This document shows positions 40,290 through 51,951 of a stretch of DNA of 52,450 bases, in pieces; the stretch's first letter is position 1, and each line of letters begins with the position of its first letter. The translations under genes were made by a program, and so were the position numbers. The notes below the pieces were generated by a model. That model was not told where the DNA came from and made no database searches. It was given only the letters and a program-made list of their open reading frames with translations. The DNA comes from Bacteroidales bacterium (GTDB lineage Bacteria > Bacteroidota > Bacteroidia > Bacteroidales > WCHB1-69), in contig JAZRYT010000069.1 of NCBI GenBank assembly GCA_045600905.1, positions 1 through 52,450 of the forward strand, given 5' to 3'.

Positions 40290-41168
40290 ATGGGAAACCT
40301 AAAGGAAATACGAACCCGCATCAGTTCCATTGAATCCACCCAGAAGATTACAAGTTCTATGAAGTTGGTGTCCGCAGCCAAGTTGAGACGTGCTCAAACG
40401 GCCATCCAATACCTGCGCCCCTACTCCGAGAAACTGAACGAGATTCTGCACGACCTTTCCGACTCTGCAGAATCAATGGAAGATATGCCCTTGTTCGAAA
40501 AGCGCACTCCCGAAAAAGTCGTCATCTTGGTAATTACTTCCAATAAAGGACTTTGCGGCGCTTTCAATTCCAATATTGTCAAACAAGTCAATAAACTTGT
40601 GGCAGAAAAATATGCCGCCCAACATCAGGCCGGCAATGTAAAACTCATCTGCATCGGCAAAAAGGGAAACGAACAACTCAACAAAATATATCCTGTTCTC
40701 CTAAGCAACGAGTCTCTTCTGGACAATCCTGACTTCCGCGAGCTTTCCAAAATCGCCGACTTCCTGACGCAGGGCTTCCTCAAACACGATTTCGACAAAG
40801 TCGATATCGTCTATAACAAATTCCTCAATGCTGCCACACAACGTGTTACCGTTGAAGAATTCCTGCCCATTTCCAATCTGGAAAGCGAGGGAGGTTCTCA
40901 AACCAAAAACGACTATATCATCGAACCGTCCCCACAAGAAGTCTTGAAAGAACTGATTCCAAAGATTATGAAGACCCAGCTTTACAAAACGCTGGCAGAC
41001 TCAATAGCCGCCGAACACGGCGCTCGTATGATTTCTATGACGAAGGCTACGGATAACGCCACGGAAATCCTCCGTGACCTCAAACTCAAGTACAATAACG
41101 CCCGCCAGTCCTCCATCACCAACGAACTTATTGAAATCGTCAGTGGTGCCGAAGCGCTCAAAGGCTGA
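40290..41168 (+). CDS. atpG: F0F1 ATP synthase subunit gamma
   Basis: KITSSMKLVSAAK, KGLCGAFN, ARQSSITNELIEIVSGA. Confidence 0.98.
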   Translation: MGNLKEIRTRISSIESTQKITSSMKLVSAAKLRRAQTAIQYLRPYSEKLNEILHDLSDSAESMEDMPLFEKRTPEKVVILVITSNKGLCGAFNSNIVKQVNKLVAEKYAAQHQAGNVKLICIGKKGNEQLNKIYPVLLSNESLLDNPDFRELSKIADFLTQGFLKHDFDKVDIVYNKFLNAATQRVTVEEFLPISNLESEGGSQTKNDYIIEPSPQEVLKELIPKIMKTQLYKTLADSIAAEHGARMISMTKATDNATEILRDLKLKYNNARQSSITNELIEIVSGAEALKG

Positions 41169-41231
41169 TAAGATCACAGAGTTTTTCCCGAAAACTCCGA
41201 AATTCATAGATTTCTCATTCATAAACCTATC

Positions 41232-41267
41232 AAGGCCGCTGCTCTAAATCAGCGGCCTTTTTATTTT
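41232..41267 (+). terminator. Rho-independent terminator after atpG
   Basis: aaggccgctg-ctctaaat-cagcggcctt then T-rich tract. Confidence 0.85.
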
Positions 41268-41409
41268 CCACCTTCAAAAACCAACAACTTCCTCTTCAAA
41301 TTCGTCTTTTCCAAACAGATTTTAACAATTTTATGTTAAAATAGCGGTATGATAATTTTTATTGTATTTATTTGTAATTATTATATACTTTTACCGCGAA
41401 AATCAAGAT

Positions 41410-42171
41410 ATGAAAAGAGGAACGCTCATATTATTAATACTCATCGGCAACTTTTTCGCATCAGGGCAGACGGCCTTGACAAGCATCCGATTATGCAGAC
41501 AAAGCACAAACATAGCTGCTTACAAAACTCTGGTCGGCCATTCCTTCTTCCAATGCGGTTTCAGAGATGATTTCTGCACGAAAGAATTGATGTATAAAGC
41601 CCTAAATATGGGGATTTCAAAAAACAATGATGCCTTAACCAGTAATTTCAATCATTATGGATATTCCCAATTCGGAAAACTGGAATTACAATTGGGGTAT
41701 GCCCACTGCTTCGGCCACAAATTGTCCTTTGCTTTGCAAGGGGTCTATTTGCTGCAACACGCCACGCACTACAAAAGTCAACATTCTTTCACCGTCGATA
41801 TATCCTTCGCCTATCAAACGACCCAAAACCTACTCATTGCCATTGATTTATACAATCCCATCCGTATGAGATACGGAATCACTGGGAAAGAAATCATACC
41901 TATGCAGTTTCGCGTTTTAGCCAACTATCAACCCTCCGAAAGAATATCTGCCAATATATTCTGCCAAAAGACATTACCGGGAGATTTTGAAATCGGATTG
42001 GAATTAGGATACCAACCTATTACATCCTTAGTAATAATGGGCAATTGTTCGTTACGCAAATGCGGCATTGGGATACACATACCCTGGAAAAGAATCGTTT
42101 TCAGCATACAAAGCGATTGGTATTACCGTATAAGCCTTTCTCCCGGAAGCGACATCCTATTTATCTTATAA
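41410..42171 (+). CDS. Hypothetical exported protein, probable outer-membrane beta-barrel
   Basis: Signal peptide and alternating beta-strand pattern; directly upstream of the HhH protein gene. Confidence 0.6.
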   Translation: MKRGTLILLILIGNFFASGQTALTSIRLCRQSTNIAAYKTLVGHSFFQCGFRDDFCTKELMYKALNMGISKNNDALTSNFNHYGYSQFGKLELQLGYAHCFGHKLSFALQGVYLLQHATHYKSQHSFTVDISFAYQTTQNLLIAIDLYNPIRMRYGITGKEIIPMQFRVLANYQPSERISANIFCQKTLPGDFEIGLELGYQPITSLVIMGNCSLRKCGIGIHIPWKRIVFSIQSDWYYRISLSPGSDILFIL

Positions 42172-42198
42172 TCAGAAAAATGCATCAGAACACCAACT

Positions 42199-44154
42199 AT
42201 GACAAAATTACGGTTTTTTTCTACAAGTGCGATCCTCCTTATTCTATTATGGAGCGGAATGTGTTGCGCTCAAATTGACAGTACATACAACACCGACCCG
42301 ATAATTGAAAACATTGAAAATGTCCTAACCGTTGACGATGAAATTAGCATTTCCGAAGATTTATTAGAAGAATTGGAAGCTTGTTCAAACGGAAACAGAC
42401 CCAACATCAATGCCTTATCCTACGAGACAGCCATTCGGATGCTGAAACTGACCGATTATCAATACTATCAATTGCAACTATATATAGAAAATTACGGGCA
42501 ATTGGCCAGCATTTACGAATTGGAAGCCATTGATGGTTTTTCCTATGAAGAGCGAAAACGAATAGAACCACTTGTGAACGTTATTATCACGCAGGAGAAG
42601 CAGTTCTTTTTCAGAAATTTCTTCAAACGGAGCAAACAATCTATACTTATCCGGGACGGGCAAGTACTTGAACATCAGGCAGGATACGACACCACACGGA
42701 CGAATCACTACGCGGGGAGTCCGAGTCACGTATGTTTCAAATACAATTTCAGTTCGCAAGACAAATTCTTCCTCAAACTATCTGGCGAAAAAGACGCTGG
42801 AGAACAATTCTTTAAAGGGGAACAGAAATACGGATTTGATTTCTATTCGGGATCAGCCAGTTTGAAAGACATAGGCATTGTTAAGACAGCCGTTGTCGGA
42901 GATTATCGGCTGAACTTCGGCCAGGGGCTAGTATTGGGCAACTCCCTACTTTCGGGGAAAGGCAGCAGTCCGGACAATCTTCGCCGATTCAGCACGGGGA
43001 TTCGGGCCATCGCGCCCACAAACGAAGGAGACTTTTTGCGAGGAGGAGCCGTCACCTTGGGGACGAACAAACTTGCGGGCACACTTTTCGGAGGCAGGCA
43101 ATTTGGGAGCCTGGATAATGTTTTCGGAGGTGACATTTCCTACAGAAGGGCTCTCTTTAAGATAGGATTACGACTTGCCGGGTACTCCACGACAGACACA
43201 TCTGCAGAAACGATTTCAAAACAATTGAAAAGCACTTTTCAAATCACGGGATTCAATGTGGCGATCGATTATCAGATGATTGTGCACAAGCATTTGATTT
43301 TCGGCGAAGCAGCCATCAACAAGCACGGGGAAATAGGAATTTTGCAAAGTGCGTTGTTCAACCTCACGCCCACGTTCAAGTTGGCCACCCTCTTTCGATA
43401 TTATGACAATGAATATACAGCACCGTTGGGCAATGCATTTGGCGCGAAATCAGGAAATTCGGGCGAAACCGGCCTATATCTGACAAGCACGTGGATAGCG
43501 GGACGCAATATGGAAATCAGCCTCTACGCAGACTACTACCGCCTCACCTGGCTGAGCTATCGAACAGACGCGCCAACATCGGGAATGGATTTTGGAATGT
43601 CCGCGCAATACAGCCTCAGCAGATATAGCAAAATATTCTGCAAATACACGTTCCGCAGCAAATCACAAAATGCGAACACGAACGAATATTTCAAAGAAAT
43701 CACTGAAACCCAACGTCATAAGTTCAGAATACAATGGCAGAATGAACCGTACAAATTTTTGACTTTGAAGACGGAGCTCGATTGGCAACTCAACCACGAC
43801 GTTTCCTCTGGCAAAAACAGGCAGGGATTTCTCCTCTACCAGGATGCGGCATTGGAGTTTCAAAAGGCAGGAATAGCCATCCATACCAGAATAGCCTATT
43901 TCGACACAGACACATACGATGAGCGGCAATATGCTTACGAAGACGATGTCTATTATGCCTTTACGATAGGTTCATACTACTACAAAGGCATTCGCGGCTA
44001 CCTCGTGTTCCGTTACAAATACCGATTCCTGAGTTTATGGCTCCGACTATCGCAGACATACTACATTGACAGGCTACAAATAAGTAGCGGCCTGTCAGAG
44101 ATTGACAAGCCGCATAAAACCGAATTGAAATTTCAAATCTTAATATCTTTCTAA
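42199..44154 (+). CDS. Helix-hairpin-helix (ComEA-like) domain protein with probable outer-membrane barrel
   Basis: PNINAL...YIENYGQLASIYELEAIDGF, EKDAGE, VGDYRLNFGQGL, YAYEDDV..F, terminal Phe. Confidence 0.75.
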   Translation: MTKLRFFSTSAILLILLWSGMCCAQIDSTYNTDPIIENIENVLTVDDEISISEDLLEELEACSNGNRPNINALSYETAIRMLKLTDYQYYQLQLYIENYGQLASIYELEAIDGFSYEERKRIEPLVNVIITQEKQFFFRNFFKRSKQSILIRDGQVLEHQAGYDTTRTNHYAGSPSHVCFKYNFSSQDKFFLKLSGEKDAGEQFFKGEQKYGFDFYSGSASLKDIGIVKTAVVGDYRLNFGQGLVLGNSLLSGKGSSPDNLRRFSTGIRAIAPTNEGDFLRGGAVTLGTNKLAGTLFGGRQFGSLDNVFGGDISYRRALFKIGLRLAGYSTTDTSAETISKQLKSTFQITGFNVAIDYQMIVHKHLIFGEAAINKHGEIGILQSALFNLTPTFKLATLFRYYDNEYTAPLGNAFGAKSGNSGETGLYLTSTWIAGRNMEISLYADYYRLTWLSYRTDAPTSGMDFGMSAQYSLSRYSKIFCKYTFRSKSQNANTNEYFKEITETQRHKFRIQWQNEPYKFLTLKTELDWQLNHDVSSGKNRQGFLLYQDAALEFQKAGIAIHTRIAYFDTDTYDERQYAYEDDVYYAFTIGSYYYKGIRGYLVFRYKYRFLSLWLRLSQTYYIDRLQISSGLSEIDKPHKTELKFQILISF

Positions 44155-44170
44155 ACTAACGATTCGCAAA

Positions 44171-46970
<2,800 letters not shown>

Positions 46971-46973
46971 TTA

Positions 46974-47035
46974 TTTTCATAAAACGAGCAAAGATAGGAA
47001 AAATTCGGCAAAGTCCCAAAGGTTTTTTATGAAAA
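46974..47035 (-). promoter_or_regulatory. gyrB promoter (-33 TTTG, -7 TATCTTTG) flanked by an 11-bp inverted repeat
   Basis: caaagata 46989-46996 and caaa 47017-47020 (20-nt spacer); ttttcataaaa / ttttatgaaaa. Confidence 0.65.
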
Positions 47036-47340
47036 AATATGAGCCTTGTTTTTCATCGGAAGGAAGTGGAAATTGTGTTGGGAAATGCAGGAGTTCACCC
47101 CGCGATTTCCAACAGGAAATCGCCGAATATAGCTTCGCACGAGGATTCACAAATTATGAAAATTTCATAATGATTTTTTCATAATTATTCTTCACCACAA
47201 TTTTTCAGAGAACAATCGATTGTCATCAGTTTATGGCAGACAACTATTTATGAGCCTCAGGATTCAAATCACCCACAGTTCTCTCGGATGATTATCCTAC
47301 TGCATCTGCGGAACGGTGCGAGAACAATCACGAACATCAC

Positions 47341-47520
47341 CTACATAGACGGCGTAATGGCGACATACCATTTTTCTCCACCCAACTTTGAACGGAGGAC
47401 ATATCCTTTCTGCTCCCAATTGTCCATCTGCTTCTGCACGGCCGAGCGGTTGATGCGCAATTGCCAAGTAAGCGAGTTGATGGTCACCTTTGGCTCCATC
47501 ATCAGAACTTTTGTTTTAGT
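47341..47520 (-). pseudogene. Winged-helix HTH fragment (as at the C-termini of Fic or RecG-like ATP-binding proteins)
   Basis: PKVTINSL..QL.INRSAVQKQMDNWEQKGYVLR..GGEKW pattern without a credible N-terminal domain. Confidence 0.5.
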
Positions 47521-47871
47521 AATAGAATTCCACCAACAATCATTATGATTATTCTGTAAAATGTTATTCCGCGTACAACAGCGTGAGCGGCGGGAGAACA
47601 ACCACGGACACAAGACACATTGATTCCGGTGGCTGGCCGTTGGATTTTCGTCCAGAATATGTCGTTTTCATCAAAAAAGATGTCTGCCGGCACCATTTCG
47701 ACTGGAACGCGCGTTTGTCTGTGAGGCATGTGTTATATTGGGAAAATCACCGCAGAATTTAAATCTTTTCGTGCCGCGATACTCATGCAACTCGCAAATA
47801 GAAACGCATCGATCCATAAGACACCAGCGCTATGGGCAAACAATGGTTTTTTCATAATGTTTCCCGAAGGT

Positions 47872-48324
47872 TTAGCGTTCTTCTTTGGTTATATAAGAGG
47901 AGGGATGATTTTGATTTGGGTAAATCTGTGCAGCGAATTGTAACGCTCTACCGTAATCGTCAAATTCCGCTCCGCCCACTTTGTAAACGGTTTTTCGCGT
48001 GGTCGGCTCATCTGACTTGGGCTTGGCTATTCTTTCGGCAAACGAGCGTTTCGCTGTTGCCTTTCCACCGGTCACCTTCGAGAGAAGCCAGCCAAGCACC
48101 AATATTGCGACAACGATTCCGCCGAGAATTTCAAAGAAAAGAAGGGTGTTGCGCGTCGCGAAGAAAAACAGTTTTTTAGCGAGTTCCAAGCCGCCCCAGT
48201 CACCTAGGAACAGCCAGAGAAGCAAACCAGCGACTCCGAGAATCTTGAAAATGAAACGTTTGCGACTCACAAAAAAAATGCCTACTGCGAGAAGCGCAAC
48301 TGCGAAAAGTATTTTTACTGCCAT
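47872..48324 (-). CDS. Hypothetical membrane protein (about 3 TM)
   Basis: 150-aa ORF with three hydrophobic segments, basic C-terminal tail, A-rich leader. Confidence 0.65.
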   Translation of the reverse strand: MAVKILFAVALLAVGIFFVSRKRFIFKILGVAGLLLWLFLGDWGGLELAKKLFFFATRNTLLFFEILGGIVVAILVLGWLLSKVTGGKATAKRSFAERIAKPKSDEPTTRKTVYKVGGAEFDDYGRALQFAAQIYPNQNHPSSYITKEER

Positions 48325-48468
48325 TTGATATTTTTTTATTTGCTACTTAAAAGATATTGATGTACTTTCGGAAGCAAGAGACATCTACTTCTTTCTTTCC
48401 TACAAACGCACATCGCGGATGCAAAAATAATCAATTATTCAATATGCGAATGGGCGTCTGTGAAAAAA

Positions 48469-48770
48469 TCATTCGCTCAACTCGTAGTTCGTGCTTCGGC
48501 CACCTTCTTCCGAACATCGCAATATACCCTTGTTTATCAGGTCTTTAATATCTCTATTTGCGGTATCTTGAGAACAATGGTTTATCTTGTACCACTTCGA
48601 GGAGTTGAGTTTTCCTTCAAAGCCATCAAAGAGTTTGTTGATGACCTTGCGCTGGCGATCATTGAGAGGCGTTGCGCGGTATTTGTCCCCAAAGGCGGTC
48701 TTGCGGATGACATTGTCTGTTTTGCTCAAGGATTCCGTAATGGCTTTCCAAAAAGTCTTTCCGGTGAAAT
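48469..48770 (-). pseudogene. C-terminal fragment of a Fic family (DUF4172-type) protein
   Basis: LNDRQRKVINKLFDGFEGKLNSSKW.KI..CSQDTANRDIKDL..KGIL...GGRSTNY; Fic HPF.DGNGR core absent. Confidence 0.8.
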
Positions 48771-48825
48771 CTTCATTTCGTAGTGTTGGGTGGCATTCAG
48801 CATCACCTGCGGAGAAAAACGGAAA

Positions 48826-48851
48826 TATTCTCCGCAAATTTGCGGAGAATA
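48826..48851. repeat. Perfect 26-bp palindrome
   Basis: tattctccgcaaatttgcggagaata; extra half-site tgcggaga at 48808-48815. Confidence 0.9.
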
Positions 48852-48911
48852 AAATAGAAAGCAGTATTAATTAACTGAAACACAGCATTATCATCGATAA
48901 TATGGTATAAG

Positions 48912-49682
48912 TTAGTGGAGCAGGTAAAGCGCCATTCCCCGCTGCAAGGCGTCCTCGGCATTTTCGGGTATGATGATGGGAAGAAAACCTTGCATTTCTT
49001 TTTCAAGTGCGTTTTGCAAATCGGGATACAAATGGAGTTTCCCCGTGAGGTAAAAGGCCTCCGGATGACTTTCCTTGCATTGCTTGACAAATTCCAGGAT
49101 CCGCTCAGCTACATCTTGGGCATTTGCCGTACAGCGTGCCGACACGACCTCCAAACTTTCCTTCACTTCAACACAACATTGTATGTGAATATCTTTTCCA
49201 GACAAAGTGATGATTCTATCTTTAGCCTTGCCTTTTCTGAAATCTTCCAAGTTACATGCAAGATCAGCTAAGTCGTCATCGTACATATCAATATTGTGTC
49301 TTCTGCGTACAATGCCTGCCAGACTTCTATCCCAAAAAAGCTGGAAGAACTGCCAAGAATAATTGTTTCGCGCATCCTGAGTTATCATAGCCACAGAGAA
49401 GTACTTGTTTTGGAGATTGAGCAGGATGAAACGTTCCGTTAGCGGCTGCGCAAGACCGCGTGCCGCCAACACTTCCTCGTGTTCAATGATGATGTTTTCA
49501 CGAGGCAGGGTAGGAAAGCTCTCCTCAATTTTCGGATTCGCAAAGGTATATGAAACCACTATGCGTGTGGCATTGGGATTGGCAAAGGAGATTTTGCCGT
49601 CTTCGATGAAAATGAAATTGTTGGGATCGCCACCCAAAGAGATGGCGAATGGGTCGGAGGGAATAGGATTTGTTTTTGCCAT
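48912..49682 (-). CDS. Hypothetical protein, degenerate MreB/actin-fold-like
   Basis: Collinear resemblance to MreB segments (see findings); TATTTTTG promoter motif at 49709-49716. Confidence 0.55.
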   Translation of the reverse strand: MAKTNPIPSDPFAISLGGDPNNFIFIEDGKISFANPNATRIVVSYTFANPKIEESFPTLPRENIIIEHEEVLAARGLAQPLTERFILLNLQNKYFSVAMITQDARNNYSWQFFQLFWDRSLAGIVRRRHNIDMYDDDLADLACNLEDFRKGKAKDRIITLSGKDIHIQCCVEVKESLEVVSARCTANAQDVAERILEFVKQCKESHPEAFYLTGKLHLYPDLQNALEKEMQGFLPIIIPENAEDALQRGMALYLLH

Positions 49683-49708
49683 TGTAATATGATTTTAAAA
49701 TACGCCGG

Positions 49709-49751
49709 CAAAAATAAACCGTACCTATGCCAAATGTAGGCATAGGTACGG
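49709..49751 (-). terminator. Hairpin terminator after the methyltransferase, tail overlapping the next promoter
   Basis: ccgtacctatgcc-7nt-ggcataggtacgg followed by tttattttt on the minus strand. Confidence 0.7.
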
Positions 49752-49841
49752 GGAAAGATTGGGAAATGTTGTTTTTTTTAATTCACGCTAACGGGGGTGG
49801 TGGAGAATGCGCGGCGTAATATAAGCTAGTGAAGGAAACTT

Positions 49842-51947
49842 TTACATTTTTTGGATCTCCGCCATCGTAGTATCGGTAAACGTCCTCCAGATTTCAAGTT
49901 TAACTTTTTTGTAGTCATCGAAGAGCTGACCGACACGTTCTATCTCGAATACCAGCCGAAGGTCATTTTTATCCCCATTCTCCTGTCCCTCTTTGCGGTA
50001 GCCGAGGCGTGCAATCTTGATGAAGTAGAGGTCGCGGATGCCTTTTCCCGAGAGATACGGCATGAAGTAGTAGGGTTTGTTAAGAGCCACGGTAGTCGGG
50101 AACTTTTTGCCAGTGTAGTAAATCTTGGCAGAGCCATTGAGATACGGTTCCTGATTATCTTTCTTGACGTTGCAAATGAGGAGATTCTTGGTGGGATCAA
50201 CATCCAGCAGCTTATTCTTGGACGTTTTGCCGTATTCAATTTCCGAGTCCTCACGCGCTATGAAGTTCTGAGTGATTGGGTCAAGTTCATACTGGTCGAA
50301 GAGGTCGAGGAAGTTGAGTTGCTTTTCACGAGGTTCATCCATCCTTTTGACGATTTCCACCTTAACAGATAAAGAAGTATTCTTCAAGATTTGGAGTCGT
50401 TCATTCAAAACGTCTAACGAATGTATGCCTTTAGTGTATCGCAACGAGAAGAATTCATTCAGGAGTAGAGCTCCATCTTTCTCTTTTTGGGTATCTTTAA
50501 TAAAAGCATAAACGTTCTTAACAAACGAGCATTCTTCAGCATTTAGCAAGTTCAAATCTACAACCATGCCCTTGTTTAGATCGTTTGGTTCAAATTTCAC
50601 TAGACCATTTCCATATTGACGTGAGTTATCGAGGAAAATCTCCTTTGCCACATCAGTAATAAGATAAGCAAATAACACATCAACATCAACTCCATCGATT
50701 TTGGGATAAACACAATGGAAAGTTGTGAGATTGTATATATTTGCCTCATTGCGAATAAAACGCAAACCACTTCTATTGAATACGGAAACCCATATCGGCG
50801 CAGGAGGTCTATTCTCAATAGCATACCACGGACAACGACTCGCAGTAAGATATCGCTTGTTGATTCCTGAATCTTCACCAAGACGTATGTACCTCAACAC
50901 ATTTGTGTTGTTAAGTGCAGTACAACCATTGAATAAATAGGCAGCCTTATCTCCATTTGTTAATTTTGTAAAATCATTTTGGGTAAAGAAAGTTTGTGGT
51001 GCGTCTGCAGCTTTGCAAATACAAGGCATCAAGCACTCTTGGGGAATACCATATTCATCTACCTTTGAAGGTTTGAACGTGAAATATTCGTTTGCACCGG
51101 TGGCAATTCCACGCGACACCTTAGCAAATTTGGAGAAAGGAACAAGATGATTGTATTTAGAACTGTTACCTTTCTCATAATATGATTTCCACTTAACAGT
51201 TGCATCAAGATCAGACGTGTTGTATTCCACATATTCTTCAAAACAGGTGTTGAGACGTTCTATATTGTTAACAAGTGAGAAACGCACGCTGTTTGAATTT
51301 TCTGTTCTTTCGCAGAGGAGAATACAGGCAGTTGTTAAAGCGTCGTCGAAAGCACATTCAGTAAAATCAACGACAATGATGTGCTGAAGGGTGTTGCTCT
51401 GTACTAAAGCACGTTTTACCTCTACACCGTAGTCAGAATTAAGAAATTCAGAAGGAATGATGTATGCCAGGCGTCCACCTTCCTGCAATTGTGCAATTGA
51501 TTTCAGTAGGAACAATGTGTAGAGATTTGTAAAGCCATTGAGTTTTGTCCCTAAATGATTGTTTACATCTGGTATGTAAGTAGTATTATCGTAGTCGTGA
51601 AATTTCAGATAAGGAGGATTGCAAATAATGGCATCGTATTTGGCATTCCAATCACTTGAAAAATAATCTTCATTCCAAAGATTCACTCCATTAGGACGAG
51701 AAAGGACCGCACTTGCGAAAATTCGTCCGTCAATTTCGTACGCATCTATAGGCAGAGCAGAACTCTTGGCTAGAACACGCGAAAAAATTCCCAAGCCGTA
51801 TGCAGGTTCGAGAATTCGAGTTTTAGGTTTGCCTTGTAACATCCAATGGCACATAAACTCGGCTATCTTCTTTGGAGTGAAGAATTGAGCATATTTTTTG
51901 CGATGATCAAAGGAAGTGGATGCTATGTATTTCTGTTCAATAGTCAT
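49842..51947 (-). CDS. N6-adenine DNA methyltransferase (gamma class, M.AccI-like) with extra C-terminal domain
   Basis: AQFFTP, LEPAYGLGIF, YEID, ICNPPY; adjacent to an AccI-like endonuclease. Confidence 0.9.
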   Translation of the reverse strand: MTIEQKYIASTSFDHRKKYAQFFTPKKIAEFMCHWMLQGKPKTRILEPAYGLGIFSRVLAKSSALPIDAYEIDGRIFASAVLSRPNGVNLWNEDYFSSDWNAKYDAIICNPPYLKFHDYDNTTYIPDVNNHLGTKLNGFTNLYTLFLLKSIAQLQEGGRLAYIIPSEFLNSDYGVEVKRALVQSNTLQHIIVVDFTECAFDDALTTACILLCERTENSNSVRFSLVNNIERLNTCFEEYVEYNTSDLDATVKWKSYYEKGNSSKYNHLVPFSKFAKVSRGIATGANEYFTFKPSKVDEYGIPQECLMPCICKAADAPQTFFTQNDFTKLTNGDKAAYLFNGCTALNNTNVLRYIRLGEDSGINKRYLTASRCPWYAIENRPPAPIWVSVFNRSGLRFIRNEANIYNLTTFHCVYPKIDGVDVDVLFAYLITDVAKEIFLDNSRQYGNGLVKFEPNDLNKGMVVDLNLLNAEECSFVKNVYAFIKDTQKEKDGALLLNEFFSLRYTKGIHSLDVLNERLQILKNTSLSVKVEIVKRMDEPREKQLNFLDLFDQYELDPITQNFIAREDSEIEYGKTSKNKLLDVDPTKNLLICNVKKDNQEPYLNGSAKIYYTGKKFPTTVALNKPYYFMPYLSGKGIRDLYFIKIARLGYRKEGQENGDKNDLRLVFEIERVGQLFDDYKKVKLEIWRTFTDTTMAEIQKM

Positions 51948-51951
51948 TCTA

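Noticed and set aside
47250-47275. tRNA 3'-end/att-like remnant (caggattcaaatc)
   Set aside because: T-arm does not pair, no cloverleaf or integrase; too weak without a tRNA comparison
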